NCBI GenBank assembly: GCA_963746845.1 | Contig: CAVVCZ010000001.1 | Coordinates: forward strand, 128,001 to 192,000 | Direction: 5' to 3' | DNA: 64,000 bases | Source of the DNA: an uncultured Chloroflexia bacterium | GTDB taxonomy: Bacteria > Chloroflexota > Limnocylindria > Limnocylindrales > CSP1-4 | Shown: in pieces, positions 8,223 to 21,428 of the stretch | Layout of the letters: each line of letters opens with the position of its first letter | How positions within the stretch are numbered: position 1 is the stretch's first letter | The notes under the pieces: generated by a model | What the model saw: the letters and a program-made list of their open reading frames with translations, nothing else | Told to the model about the DNA's origin: nothing | Databases searched by the model: none | Made by a program: the position numbers and the translations under genes

Positions 8223-9565
8223 GAGGGTGTGGAAACAGTCCCTTCCTCGATGCGCGCGATCCGGGCTCCCAGATCGGCGAACTTGCGTTCGATGTTCTCA
8301 TAGCCGCGCTGGACGTGGTGAGCGCCGTGAATTGTCGACTCGCCGTCCGCGGCGAGCGCGGCGAGGATCAGCGACGCGCCGGCCCGCAGGTCGCCGATCT
8401 CGGCGTCGGCCCCGGTGAGGGGCGTCCGCCCGTGGATCGTCGCGTGGTGACTGTCGCCGATCTCGATCCGGGCGCCCATCCGGTTCAGGTCCGCGAGCCA
8501 CTCCAGGCGGTCCTCGAAGATCGCCTCGTGGACGCGCGACGTCCCGTTCGCCTGGGTCAGCAGGACGCAGGCCGGCGGCTGGAGGTCGGTGGCGAGGCCC
8601 GGATAGGGCGCGGTCTCGATGTCGCACGCCCGGTAACCGCCTTCGGCCAGGCCGCCACCGTCGACCGTGATCCGGTCCCCGTCGCAGCGAGCCTCGACCC
8701 CGGCCCGGGCGAGGACGTCGAGGAACGCCGACAGGTGCTCGCAGGGCGCACCGGTGAGGGTCACCCGTCCGCCCGTCACGGCGCCCGCGACGGCGAACGT
8801 CCCCGCCTCGATCCGGTCGGGGATGACGTGGTGGTCCGCGCCACGCAGGCGCCGCTTGCCGTGGACCTCGATCGTGTCCGGCGTCGTCCGTTCGACTTCG
8901 GCGCCCATCTTGCGCAGGAACGCGATGAGGTCGTCGACCTCCGGCTCCTGGGCGGCCGGCCGGATCACGGTCTGGCCGTCCGCGAGGGTGGCCGCCAGCA
9001 TCGCGTTCTCCGTGCCCATCACGGACACGAACGGGAACTCGATCTCGGTCCCGCGGAGGCGGCCGGGCGCGGTCGCGAAGTAGTAGCCGTTGCGGTAGTC
9101 GATCGTCGCGCCGAGCCGGCGCATCGCCTCGACGTGGAGGTCGACCGGCCGCCGGCCGATCCGGTCGCCGCCCGGGTTGCTGATGATCACCCGGCCGAAG
9201 CGGGTGAGAAGCGGTCCGAGGAGCATGAAGCTCGCCCGCATCTTCGCCGCCGCCTCGAGCGGCACGAACAGCCACTCGACGTCGCCCGAGGCGACCTCGT
9301 AGACGTTCGGCTCCGGGTGGTCGACGACGACGCCGAGATCGCGCAGGGTCTCGGCCATGACCCGCACGTCCTCGATCTCGGGGACGTTCGTGAACCGGCA
9401 CCGCTCGCCGGTCAGCGTGGCCGCGGCGAGCATCTTCAGCGCCGCGTTCTTCGATCCGCTGATCGGGACCTCGCCGCGCAGCGGCGTGCCGCCGGCGATC
9501 CGGAAGACCTCGCGGGTCACCGGCTCAGGGGTGTACTCCCAATGGAACGGCCTCGCGTCAGCCAA
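8219..9565 (-). CDS. murA: UDP-N-acetylglucosamine 1-carboxyvinyltransferase (Asp variant at the fosfomycin-target Cys)
   Basis: [12 protein letters not shown]...[37 protein letters not shown]. Confidence 0.95.
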   Translation of the reverse strand: MADARPFHWEYTPEPVTREVFRIAGGTPLRGEVPISGSKNAALKMLAAATLTGERCRFTNVPEIEDVRVMAETLRDLGVVVDHPEPNVYEVASGDVEWLFVPLEAAAKMRASFMLLGPLLTRFGRVIISNPGGDRIGRRPVDLHVEAMRRLGATIDYRNGYYFATAPGRLRGTEIEFPFVSVMGTENAMLAATLADGQTVIRPAAQEPEVDDLIAFLRKMGAEVERTTPDTIEVHGKRRLRGADHHVIPDRIEAGTFAVAGAVTGGRVTLTGAPCEHLSAFLDVLARAGVEARCDGDRITVDGGGLAEGGYRACDIETAPYPGLATDLQPPACVLLTQANGTSRVHEAIFEDRLEWLADLNRMGARIEIGDSHHATIHGRTPLTGADAEIGDLRAGASLILAALAADGESTIHGAHHVQRGYENIERKFADLGARIARIEEGTVSTPS

Positions 9566-9610
9566 GGGACACCACCATGGACTTCGTCGCGATTCGTCGT
9601 GCCACGGGCA

Positions 9611-10039
9611 CTAGACGCGTCGCCGGGCCCCTTCGTGCTGGCGTCGCTCCGCGACCCGGATCCGCAGGAGCGCGGTCTGGAGCGACGCCCGGGCAGCGGC
9701 CAGGTCGGCGCCCTCGACGAACCCGCTCTCGAGCGCCTGCTCGGCCTGGCGGCGGGCCTCCTGGGCCTTCTCGAGATCGATCTCGGACGCGATGTCGGCG
9801 GTCTCGGCCATGACGACGACCTTGTCCGGGAGCACCTGGAGGAAGCCGCCGACGATCGCGAACGACTCCTCCTGCCCGCCCTTGCGCAGACGCAGCTCGC
9901 CCGCCCCGAGCGTGGACACGAGCGGCGCGTGATGCGGCAGCACGCCGAGCTCGCCCTCGGACCCGGGCAGGACGACGGCGTCGACCTGGTCCGAGTAGGC
10001 CAGCTTCTCGGGCGTGACGATGTCGAGCTGGAGGGGCAT
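9611..10039 (-). CDS. atpC: ATP synthase F1 epsilon subunit
   Basis: MPLQLDIVTPEK, GELGVLPHHAP, GGFLQV; last gene of atp operon. Confidence 0.95.
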   Translation of the reverse strand: MPLQLDIVTPEKLAYSDQVDAVVLPGSEGELGVLPHHAPLVSTLGAGELRLRKGGQEESFAIVGGFLQVLPDKVVVMAETADIASEIDLEKAQEARRQAEQALESGFVEGADLAAARASLQTALLRIRVAERRQHEGARRRV

Positions 10040-10112
10040 CGCGCCTAGACCTCGGGCCGATGGGGTCGCGGAGCTCCCCCTCGGGCCTCGGTGAGCAGCG
10101 CGCGGGACATCG

Positions 10113-11561
<1,449 letters not shown>

Positions 11562-12413
11562 TTACCGGGCCTGGGCGCCCGACGCGATCTCGATCATCTC
11601 GCGGGTGATGTTGGACTGGCGGACCTTGTTGTAGGCGAGGGTCAGATCGTCGATCAGCTCCTCGGCGTTCTCGGTCGCGTTCTTCATCGCCACCATCTGG
11701 CTCGAGAAGAAGCTGGCCGTCGTCTCGAGGGCCGCCTGGTAGAGGCGGGTCGCGACGTAGCGCGGGAGGAGCCGCTCGAGGACCGCCCCCGGGTTGGGCT
11801 CGAAGATGAACTGGTTGCCGGGGATGCCGGCGGTGTCGGCCGAGGGTTCGATCGGGAGCAGCGTCGACAGGGCCGGGCGCTGGACGAGCGTCGAGATGAA
11901 CTGGCTGTAGACGAGGTCGACCCGCCCGAACGAGCCGTCGAGGAAGCCGTCGGTGACGAGCCGGGCCAGCGGCAGGACGTCCGCGAACGTCGGCCGCTCG
12001 CGGAACCCGTCGAAGTGGGCCTCCATCGGGACCCGGGCACGGCGCATCGCGTCGCGGCCCTTCCGGCCGACCGTGACGACCGTCAGGTCACCCTTCGTCC
12101 CGGTGATGTGCCCGGCCGCGAACCGGATCGTGTTCGTGTTCAGGGCGCCGGCCAGACCGCGGTCCGTCGTGACGAGGATGAGGAGCCGCTTGCCGCCCTC
12201 GCGCTTCTGGAGGAGCGGGTGGTCCTCGCCGCTGAGCACGGTCGAGAGATCCGCGAGGACCTCGTCGATCTTCTCGGCGTATGGCCGGGCCGCCAGCGTC
12301 GATTCCTGGGCGCGCTTGAGCTTCGACGCTGCCACGAACTGCATCGCCCGGGTGATCTGCTTGATATTCCGGCTGGACTGGATCCGCCGCCGGATATCGC
12401 GCTGGCTGGCCAT
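11562..12413 (-). CDS. atpG: ATP synthase F1 gamma subunit
   Basis: I.RRI.S..NI.QIT.AM..VAASK, DRGL.G..N, AM..AT.NA, RQ..IT.E..EI. Confidence 0.97.
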   Translation of the reverse strand: MASQRDIRRRIQSSRNIKQITRAMQFVAASKLKRAQESTLAARPYAEKIDEVLADLSTVLSGEDHPLLQKREGGKRLLILVTTDRGLAGALNTNTIRFAAGHITGTKGDLTVVTVGRKGRDAMRRARVPMEAHFDGFRERPTFADVLPLARLVTDGFLDGSFGRVDLVYSQFISTLVQRPALSTLLPIEPSADTAGIPGNQFIFEPNPGAVLERLLPRYVATRLYQAALETTASFFSSQMVAMKNATENAEELIDDLTLAYNKVRQSNITREMIEIASGAQAR

Positions 12414-13949
<1,536 letters not shown>

Positions 13950-13962
13950 GGGGCAGGGTCTC

Positions 13963-14505
13963 CTACAGGGCGCCCGAAGCGAGCTGGTTCCGCAGCCGCT
14001 CGAGGCGGCCCCGGACGCTCCCGTCGATCAGTCGGTCGCCGACACGGACGACGAGCCCGCCGAGCAGGCTCTCGTCGACATCGGTCTGGAGGGCGATCCG
14101 GCCGCCCGTCATCTGCTCGAGGCGGGCCGTCAGCGCCCGCGTCTCGGTGTCGGTCAGGGGGAGTGCGCTCGTCGCGGTGGCGTGGATGATCCCCTGGCGG
14201 ATGTCGTCCAGCCGCCGGAACTCCTCCGCGACCCGCGGCATCTGCTCGATCCGGCCCCGCCGGACGAGGAGCTCGACGAGGTTGCGGGCAGGCGTCAACA
14301 GACCGGCGAAGACCCGCCGCGCCACGTCCTGGCGCCCCTCGAGGGGCAGGGCCGGGTTGGCGAGGACCGTCATCAGGTCCGGGCGTTCGAGCTCGGCCGC
14401 GGCCGAGTCGAGGTCCCGCCGCCACGTCTCGATCGAGCCGTCGCGGGTGGCGATCTCGAAGGCGGCCTCGGCGTACCGTCGCGGCGCGCTGTCGCGTTTC
14501 GCCAT
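13963..14505 (-). CDS. atpH: ATP synthase F1 delta subunit
   Basis: [26 protein letters not shown]. Confidence 0.95.
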   Translation of the reverse strand: MAKRDSAPRRYAEAAFEIATRDGSIETWRRDLDSAAAELERPDLMTVLANPALPLEGRQDVARRVFAGLLTPARNLVELLVRRGRIEQMPRVAEEFRRLDDIRQGIIHATATSALPLTDTETRALTARLEQMTGGRIALQTDVDESLLGGLVVRVGDRLIDGSVRGRLERLRNQLASGAL

Positions 14506-15086
14506 CAGCCGCCGCGATCCGACGTCGGGGCCGTGCCGGCCTCGCGGAGGAACTCATCGACGAGCCGTCGCTGACGGTCGTCGTTCATCGTCTCGCCCAC
14601 GACCCGGCCGGCCGCCCGGAGCGCCAGGTCGGCGACCTCCGCCCGCAGCTCGCCGATCGCGCGCAGCTTCTCGGCCTCCAGATCGGCGCTCGCGCGGACG
14701 CGGATCCGCTCCAGCTCCTCGCGGGTCGCGGCCAGGTCGCGCTCGCGCGACTCGTCGGCGACCTTCTGGGCCCGGGCCAGGATGTCGTTGGCCTCGCGAC
14801 GGGCTTCCTGGAGCGCGGTGAGCCGGTCGGCCTCGGCGGACTCGCGCGCCTGCCGGGCCTGCTCCGCGTCGCGGAGACCCTCCTCGACCCGCGCCCTGCG
14901 CTCGGCCAGCATCCGCTGGAGCGGCTTGAACGCGAACGTCCAGATGATCGCCAGGAACACGACGAAGTTCGTCGCGGCGATGAGCACCTGGAACAGGTTG
15001 ATCTGGAACAGCGGCTCGGCCTCGGCGTCCGCGGCGAGGCGGACGGCCTCACCCGAGATGCCGGACGCGATGGCCAGAAGGTCCAC
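14505..15086 (-). CDS. atpF: ATP synthase F0 b subunit
   Basis: N-terminal TM (NF.VF..I.W.FAFKP), ERR..V...L coiled coil; operon position. Confidence 0.93.
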   Translation of the reverse strand: MDLLAIASGISGEAVRLAADAEAEPLFQINLFQVLIAATNFVVFLAIIWTFAFKPLQRMLAERRARVEEGLRDAEQARQARESAEADRLTALQEARREANDILARAQKVADESRERDLAATREELERIRVRASADLEAEKLRAIGELRAEVADLALRAAGRVVGETMNDDRQRRLVDEFLREAGTAPTSDRGG

Positions 15087-15110
15087 GATGGAAACTCCGA
15101 TCCGGACCGG

Positions 15111-15335
15111 CTACGCGCTCGGGCCGGTGATGAAGATCGCGAGCAGGCCCACGACGATCGCGAGGACGCCGAGGCCTTCGGCGAACGCCGCGAGGATGAT
15201 CGCGATGCCGCGGATCTGGCCGGCAGCGTCAGGGTTGCGACCGATCGCCTGGGCCGACAGGCCGGCGAGGATGCCGATGCCGATGCCCGGGCCGATGACC
15301 CCGAGGGCGGCGAGACCGGCGCCGATGTGCTCCAT
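15111..15335 (-). CDS. atpE: ATP synthase F0 c subunit (H+-type by motif)
   Basis: GPGIGIG, AIGRNP loop, carboxylate in FAEGL (no Na+-type Q/ES motif). Confidence 0.96.
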   Translation of the reverse strand: MEHIGAGLAALGVIGPGIGIGILAGLSAQAIGRNPDAAGQIRGIAIILAAFAEGLGVLAIVVGLLAIFITGPSA

Positions 15336-15415
15336 GCGAGATGTCCTCCTGTTCCCCGGGCAGGACGGCCCGGGTTCGATCGATGTGGGCTCCCGCGCTC
15401 ACGCTCGGGACGGGA

Positions 15416-16468
15416 TCAGTGGGCGGGCTGGAGCGTCTGCGGCTCCGTCCCCTTGAGCTCTGCGAGCGCCTCTTCGGCGAGGTGCCCCTCCTCCTCGTGA
15501 TGGCTCTCGATGGCCAGGGTGATGAAGAGCAACGTCAGGATGCTGAAGATGAGGGCCTGGATGGCATTGAGCATCAGCTCGAGCGCGATCAGCGCCACCG
15601 GCACGAAGAACACGGTCAGGGTCGTCATCACCCCGAGCGCGACCTCGCCACCGTAGATGTTGCCGAACAACCGCATCGACAGCGTCACGGGCTTGACGAA
15701 CTCGAGCATCAGCTCGATCAGGCCGACGAAGAGGGCGATGATGCCGGCCCCGATGCCGTTCTTGAACTCGTACAACGGGAAGAACTTGCCGAGGTAGCCG
15801 CCGACGCCGAGCTTCCGGAAGCCCTCGATCTCGAAGATCAGGAAGCTCACGAGGGCCATCCCGAGCGTGATGTTCACATCGCTCGACGGTGCCCGCAGGA
15901 ACTCGACCTTGCCGACCGGCGGGATGAGCCCGATCCAGTTGTCGAACAGGACGAGCAGGAACGCACCGACGAAGATCGGGATGTAGGGCGTGGCGGCCGC
16001 TCCGGCGATCCCGAGACCGAAGTCCCGGAGCTGCTCGTAGACCGTCTCGATGATGTTCTGGCCGCGGCCCGGGATGAGCTTCGAGCCGCGGACCATGAGG
16101 ATCACCGTGATCAGGACGACGGCCATGACGATCCACATCGTGAGGAGCGTGTTGCTGATGCTCGGGTGGAACGTCACCAGGTCGCCCGCGGCCGGGGCGT
16201 TGGCCGGGTCGAAGTCGTAGACGGTGTGCGGGGCGGGGAACTCGAGCGCGTTCTCGATGAAGCAGGCCGGGAAGGGGCAGGCCGTGCCGGCCGTCGGGTC
16301 CTTCGGCGTCTGCGGGAAGAGGATGAACGCGAAGATGTCGAGCACGATCACGGCGCCGATGAGCGTGAACCAGCGGGCCGACAGCCCACGGCGCTTGCGC
16401 TCGGCCGGCGGCGGCGGGGCGGTCGGGGCCTGGGCAGCGGCGTCGGCCGGGCCCTGCTCGATCGTCAC
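15416..16468 (-). CDS. atpB: ATP synthase F0 a subunit
   Basis: P.R.Q...E..Y, KP.TLSMRLFGNI, IQA.IF..LT; GTG start with GGAGGG SD. Confidence 0.95.
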   Translation of the reverse strand: MTIEQGPADAAAQAPTAPPPPAERKRRGLSARWFTLIGAVIVLDIFAFILFPQTPKDPTAGTACPFPACFIENALEFPAPHTVYDFDPANAPAAGDLVTFHPSISNTLLTMWIVMAVVLITVILMVRGSKLIPGRGQNIIETVYEQLRDFGLGIAGAAATPYIPIFVGAFLLVLFDNWIGLIPPVGKVEFLRAPSSDVNITLGMALVSFLIFEIEGFRKLGVGGYLGKFFPLYEFKNGIGAGIIALFVGLIELMLEFVKPVTLSMRLFGNIYGGEVALGVMTTLTVFFVPVALIALELMLNAIQALIFSILTLLFITLAIESHHEEEGHLAEEALAELKGTEPQTLQPAH

Positions 16469-16537
16469 GATCCCTCCACACACAGGAGCGCGGCCGTGCG
16501 CCGCGCTCTCGTCTTCGTCATCCGGTCCGTCGGCGTT

Positions 16538-16762
16538 TCAGTCGATCGTCTCGAGGAACCTGCTGACCAGCCGGTAGATCATCACCGTGCCCGACCCTGC
16601 TCCGAGGAGGAAGCCGACGATCACGAAGACCGGAACGGTCATCCCGAGCTGCCCGTCGATCCAGTGGCCGACGAGCACGCCCACGAGGGTGGTGACCAGG
16701 AGCGAGAGGCCGATTTCCGAGAAGAGGGCCGCATAGGCCCAGCCCCGGCCGGGCTCGATCAT
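16538..16762 (-). CDS. AtpZ/AtpI-family small membrane protein
   Basis: Two TM helices with G.WID..LG..P motif; first gene of atp operon. Confidence 0.85.
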   Translation of the reverse strand: MIEPGRGWAYAALFSEIGLSLLVTTLVGVLVGHWIDGQLGMTVPVFVIVGFLLGAGSGTVMIYRLVSRFLETID

Positions 16763-16787
16763 GGGTGACCTACCAAGGCGCGCGGAG

Positions 16788-16796
16788 TATAGCAGA
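16788..16796 (-). promoter_or_regulatory. Extended -10 promoter element of the atp operon
   Basis: Minus strand TGcTATACT about 25 nt upstream of the ATG at 16762. Confidence 0.6.
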
Positions 16797-16834
16797 GGGC
16801 GCGGCCGCCTCCCGGTGTGGCGACCCCCGCGGCG

Positions 16835-19093
16835 TCAGGTCCGGATGGTGCGGCTCAGGACGAACGACGAGGTGTTGCCGGCCCTGTCCGAGGCCCGGAC
16901 GCGGAACCGGACCGACCGCTGGATGTGGACGGTCACGCCCGCGATCCGGTCGGCCGACGACTTCAGCTGGAGCGATGTCCAGGCGCCACCGTTGATCGAG
17001 ACCTGGACCTGCTCCCAGGCGAGGCCCGTCTGTGCTTCGGTGACGGTCCAGCGGACGCTGAGCCAGGTCGTCGTCCTGCCCTTGACGTGTGTCGGGGTCA
17101 CGACCGGGACGGAGACCGTCGGCTTGATCGTGTCCTTGACGACGTTGACCTGGACGCTCGCGGTGTCGGTCAGGCCGTGCCCGTCGGAGATCGTGTACGT
17201 GAAGACGTCGATCCCACCGGTCGTGCCGGTGGGACGGTAGGTCAGGCCGGTCCCGCCACCGGTGATCGCGACCGTCCCGTGGCCGCCGTTCGTCACCGAC
17301 ACGATCGAGAGCGTCTCGACGGCGTCCGGGAGCCAGGTGTCGTTCGCCAGGACGGGGACGGCCTGCGCCCCGACGCCGAGATACACGTTGACGGGAGTCG
17401 GAACGCCGTCGTTGACCGCGTTGGGCTTGTCGTTCACGGGCGTGATCGTGACGGCGATCGTGCCGGTCGAGCTGCCGCCGTGGCCATCGGACACGGTGTA
17501 CGTGATCGTGTCTCCGCCAAATGCGTGGGCGTTCTGTTTGTAGCGGACGCTCGTGGGCGTGAAGGTGACCACGCCCTTCGTCGCACCGCCCGCGCCGGTC
17601 ACGGTCAATGTATCCCCCTCGACATCGCTGTCATTGACGAGGACCGAGACGCTTGACGGCACGGCCGTGCCCGGAACCTCCGTCACAGTCAGCGTGTCCG
17701 GGACCGTGGTCGGCGGGTCGTTGACCGGGGTGATCGTGACGTTGACCGTCGCGCTCGCCGTGCCGCCGTGTCCGTCGTCGATCGTGTAGGTGAACGAGTC
17801 GCTGCCATTCGCGTTGGCGTTCGGCTTGTAGTGGAGCGTCGTGGCGGTGAACGTGAGCGTGCCCAGGGCCGCCCCGCCCGCGTTGGTGATCGCGAGCACG
17901 TCGCTTTCGGGATCGGAGTCGTTCCCGAGGACATCGATCGTGGTCGCGGGCGCGTCCTCGGCGATCGTCGCGCTGTCGTCGGTCGCAAGTGGCGGGTCGT
18001 TGTCGCTGTCGACGACGATCTGGAACGTGACCGGGGCGCTCGTGTCGGCCGGGTGGAGGTTCGGCAGCAGGTAGCTCTCGAGCCCGCCGTCGTCCTTGGC
18101 CACGACGGTGACGCTCGTCGAGCCGGAGGCGTTTGCGACGGGCGTGAAGGTGAGCGTCCCGTCCGACGCGATGGCCGGTGTGGCGCTGAACAACCCGGGG
18201 TTCGTGTCGCCCGTGACCTCGAAGTGGACCGCCTGCGACGACTCGTTCGGCGGGCCGGGCGAGATCGCGGTCGCCCACGCCGCGCTGTACGCCACGTCCT
18301 CCGTCCCGTGGACGGTGAGCGCGCCGGGCGTGAACGTCGGCGCGTCGTTGACCGGCGCGACCCAGATCCGGAGCGTCGCCGAGCCCGACCGCGCGCCATC
18401 CTCGTCGATGACCTGGTAGGTCAGGCTGTCGGACTGCCACGTGCCGCCCGGCTGGTCGCCGGCCGTCGTGTTGTAGTTCGGGTCGGGCGTGTAGCCGATG
18501 ATCCCCGGCTGATTGGGCAGCCAGACCGCCGTCCCGTGACCCTGCCCGCCGGTCACGTCCCACGCGACGATCGTGCCGTCCGCGTCCGTGTCGTTCCCCG
18601 TCAGGTCGCAGTCCGCTGCGAAGGTGATCGTCGCGGAGTCCTCGAGGATCGGGAACGATCCGCCGAACGGATCGGGCGGAAAGCAGCCGGCGGCCGGGTC
18701 ATCGACGGCGACCGGCGGGGCGTTGACCTTGATCGTGACGGTCGCGGTGTCGTCGCCGTCCGGGTCGTTCGTCACCGTGTAGTCGAAGGTGTCCGGACCG
18801 GTGTAGCCGGCATCCGGCTCGTAGGTCACCGACAGGCCGTCGTCGGCGAGCGTGACCGTGCCGTGAGTCGGGTCGGTCGTTGCCGAGATCGCGTCGCCGG
18901 GTGCGACCGTGTCGTTGTCGAGGACGTCCAGGGTCTCCGCCGAGGCGTTCTTCTGGACGACGAACGAATCGTCGACCGCGGCGGGGGCGGCGGCGAGGAC
19001 AGCGGCCGGCCACGAGCCCGCGGCCAGCATGGCCGTCAAGACCGCGAGGGTGATCGCCGGCAGGCGGCGACCGGCGCGGTCCGAGTTCGTCAC
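16835..19093 (-). CDS. Secreted Ig-like/cadherin-like (Big_9 / tandem-95 type) repeat protein with C-terminal FN3-like domain
   Basis: Signal peptide, then about six repeats P.A.DD...VL.ND.D...YTP...G.D.FTY.I.DG; GTG overlaps upstream TGA. Confidence 0.82.
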   Translation of the reverse strand: MTNSDRAGRRLPAITLAVLTAMLAAGSWPAAVLAAAPAAVDDSFVVQKNASAETLDVLDNDTVAPGDAISATTDPTHGTVTLADDGLSVTYEPDAGYTGPDTFDYTVTNDPDGDDTATVTIKVNAPPVAVDDPAAGCFPPDPFGGSFPILEDSATITFAADCDLTGNDTDADGTIVAWDVTGGQGHGTAVWLPNQPGIIGYTPDPNYNTTAGDQPGGTWQSDSLTYQVIDEDGARSGSATLRIWVAPVNDAPTFTPGALTVHGTEDVAYSAAWATAISPGPPNESSQAVHFEVTGDTNPGLFSATPAIASDGTLTFTPVANASGSTSVTVVAKDDGGLESYLLPNLHPADTSAPVTFQIVVDSDNDPPLATDDSATIAEDAPATTIDVLGNDSDPESDVLAITNAGGAALGTLTFTATTLHYKPNANANGSDSFTYTIDDGHGGTASATVNVTITPVNDPPTTVPDTLTVTEVPGTAVPSSVSVLVNDSDVEGDTLTVTGAGGATKGVVTFTPTSVRYKQNAHAFGGDTITYTVSDGHGGSSTGTIAVTITPVNDKPNAVNDGVPTPVNVYLGVGAQAVPVLANDTWLPDAVETLSIVSVTNGGHGTVAITGGGTGLTYRPTGTTGGIDVFTYTISDGHGLTDTASVQVNVVKDTIKPTVSVPVVTPTHVKGRTTTWLSVRWTVTEAQTGLAWEQVQVSINGGAWTSLQLKSSADRIAGVTVHIQRSVRFRVRASDRAGNTSSFVLSRTIRT

Positions 19094-20124
19094 TCGATGG
19101 TCACCGGCTGCGTGTCGGTGTTCGTCTTTCCATCGCCATTCGAGACGGTGAGGGACACCGTGTACGTGCCCGGATCCGCGTACGTGTGCAGTCGGATCGG
19201 CGAGACGCCGGTTTCCGGAGGAGTCCCGTCGTCCCAGTCGAAGGAGTACGTGACCGCCCGTGCCGATCCCGTCCCATTGCACGTTGCGACGTGCGCCAGG
19301 ACCGTGCACTCGAGGTGCGCGACCGGCGGCAGCGGCTTCGGGGTCGGCTTGGGGGTCGGCTTCGGCGTCGGGGGCGGTGTGGGCTCGGGAGTCGGCGGCG
19401 GGGTCGGGACCACGTTCCGGGTCGGCGCGGGCGTCGGCCGTGGGGTTGGGGCGGGCGTCACGACCGGCGTCGGGGCGCCTGCCGAGGGCGATGTGGCGGG
19501 CTCGCTCGGCGCGGGTTCGATCGATGCAGGTTCGCTCGACGGAGCGGCGTCGCTCGGATCAGCGGAGCCGCTCGGTGCGACGGCAAGATCGGACGACGCA
19601 GGTCGGTCCGCCGACGACGTCGGTCCGGCGGCAACCGGAATGTGACGCGGCTGGAAGATCGTCGTGAAGACGGCGAAGACGAAGACGATCGTGGTCACCG
19701 GGGCGAGGGCGGCCGCCAGGATGATCGGCAATCGGCGGGAGCCCGCTCGCCGGGTCGTTGCTGGGGCCTTCGCAGCCCGGGTGGGTGCCGCGACCGCCAG
19801 GGGCTGGACCTCGGGCTGCGGGGTGCCTGACGTCACGGCGACCGTCGGCGTGATCACCACGCGATGGGTGACGATCGTCGAGCCGGCCGGGAAGATGGTC
19901 GACGCCGGGACGGGCGCCGAAGGGGCCTCGGTTGGCGGGACCGCGTCGCTCCCGTCCGATCGTGCCCAGAGGCGACGGCGGGTGGTCTTGCGGAGCGCCC
20001 AGATCCCGACCGAGTCGTCGACGACACGCGGAAGCACAACGTGACCGGATTCGGTCCGCAGCAGGAAGCGGCCCGCGATGAGGAGCAAGGCGACGACGAC
20101 GAGCGCCCCGACGAAGAATTCCAA
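19090..20124 (-). CDS. Membrane-anchored protein with Pro/Thr linker and C-terminal PKD domain
   Basis: Two hydrophobic segments, PTP repeats, Y.FDW.DG...H.Y..PG.YTV.LTV PKD motif; TTG start uncertain. Confidence 0.72.
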   Translation of the reverse strand: MEFFVGALVVVALLLIAGRFLLRTESGHVVLPRVVDDSVGIWALRKTTRRRLWARSDGSDAVPPTEAPSAPVPASTIFPAGSTIVTHRVVITPTVAVTSGTPQPEVQPLAVAAPTRAAKAPATTRRAGSRRLPIILAAALAPVTTIVFVFAVFTTIFQPRHIPVAAGPTSSADRPASSDLAVAPSGSADPSDAAPSSEPASIEPAPSEPATSPSAGAPTPVVTPAPTPRPTPAPTRNVVPTPPPTPEPTPPPTPKPTPKPTPKPLPPVAHLECTVLAHVATCNGTGSARAVTYSFDWDDGTPPETGVSPIRLHTYADPGTYTVSLTVSNGDGKTNTDTQPVTIE

Positions 20125-20333
20125 CGAGCGGTAGCCCCGAGCACCCGGCCGGCTGACCGCCGGCGCCGAGCGATCCTAGCATCGGTCGCGGGACCGGCCC
20201 ACTGCGCCGGAATCCCTAGAACCGCACTCGACCCCACGAGGGTCCTGCCCCAGACGTCTCATGTCGCGCGGACGCACCGGAATGGCGCGCTCCCGGCCGG
20301 TCCGTCGCCCGTCGGACTCGGTCCGGGCGTCCC

Positions 20334-21428
20334 CTAGAAGTCCAATTCGTCGGGGTCGAACCCGCCCCGCGCGAGGATGAACAGGACGAACCCGCTGGCG
20401 ATGAGGACGCCCATGAACGCGTACAGCTGGGTCGATCCCGACAGGAACATGCCGAGCAGCGCCAGCAGGATGCAGATCGAGTAGATCAGCAGGACCGTCT
20501 GCCGATGCGAGAGCCCGATGTCGAGGAGGCGGTGATGGAGATGGCCACGGTCCGGCGAGAACGGTGACCGGCCCTCGGCGAGGCGACGGACGATGATCCA
20601 GAAGGCGTCGATGATCGGGACGCCGAGGATCAGCAAGGCGACGGCGACCTTGGCGGTGCCGAGGATCGACAGCACCGCCAGGGTGTAGCCGAGGAACATC
20701 ACCCCGCTGGTCCCGGTGAAGATCGACGCCGGGTGGAAGTTCCAGCGAAGGAACCCGAGCAGGGATCCGGCCAGGATGAAGCACAGGACCGTGATGAACG
20801 GCTGGCCGAACGGGCCGACCTGTGTCGTCAGGCTGATGATCCCCAGCGTCAGCGCCGCGATGAGCCCGATCCCGGACGACAGGCCGTCGAGGCCGTCGAT
20901 GAAGTTGATGCTGTTCATCATCCCGGCGATCCACAGGACCGTGAACGCGATCCCGAGGATGCCCTCCAGCTGGATCACCCTCGTGCCGAACGGGTTGGCG
21001 ATGAAGTCGACCGTGATCCCGCAGACGATCGCGAACAGGGCCAGGCCGATCTGGCCGAGGAACTGCCAGCGCGCGCGCAGGTCGTAGTAGTCGTCGACGA
21101 CACCGAACGCGGCCGCGACGACTCCGCCCACGAGCAGCCCGAGCATCTCGTAGGGCCCGACGGTCGCCGGAATGGTCACGATGCCGAACGTTGCGTTCAG
21201 GATCAGGGCGACGAGGGTCACCGACACGAACGCAACCGCGACTGCGACGCCGCCGCCGCGCGGGACCGGCGAGGTATTCACCCGCCGGTGACCCGGCCGG
21301 TCCACCGCGTCCATCCGGATCGCCACCCGCCGGATCGGCGGGGTCAGGAAGTAGGAGATCGCGGCCGCCGCGACGAAGGCGAGCAGCAGGAACGGGATGA
21401 CGCCGGCGGCGATCGGGATGAATGTCAC
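20334..21428 (-). CDS. wecA: WecA/TagO-like polyprenyl-phosphate GlcNAc-1-P transferase (MraY/GT4 family)
   Basis: D.P..RR....P.PR.GG, G..DD, N..NF.DGLDGL, D..HLHH.L. Confidence 0.88.
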   Translation of the reverse strand: MTFIPIAAGVIPFLLLAFVAAAAISYFLTPPIRRVAIRMDAVDRPGHRRVNTSPVPRGGGVAVAVAFVSVTLVALILNATFGIVTIPATVGPYEMLGLLVGGVVAAAFGVVDDYYDLRARWQFLGQIGLALFAIVCGITVDFIANPFGTRVIQLEGILGIAFTVLWIAGMMNSINFIDGLDGLSSGIGLIAALTLGIISLTTQVGPFGQPFITVLCFILAGSLLGFLRWNFHPASIFTGTSGVMFLGYTLAVLSILGTAKVAVALLILGVPIIDAFWIIVRRLAEGRSPFSPDRGHLHHRLLDIGLSHRQTVLLIYSICILLALLGMFLSGSTQLYAFMGVLIASGFVLFILARGGFDPDELDF

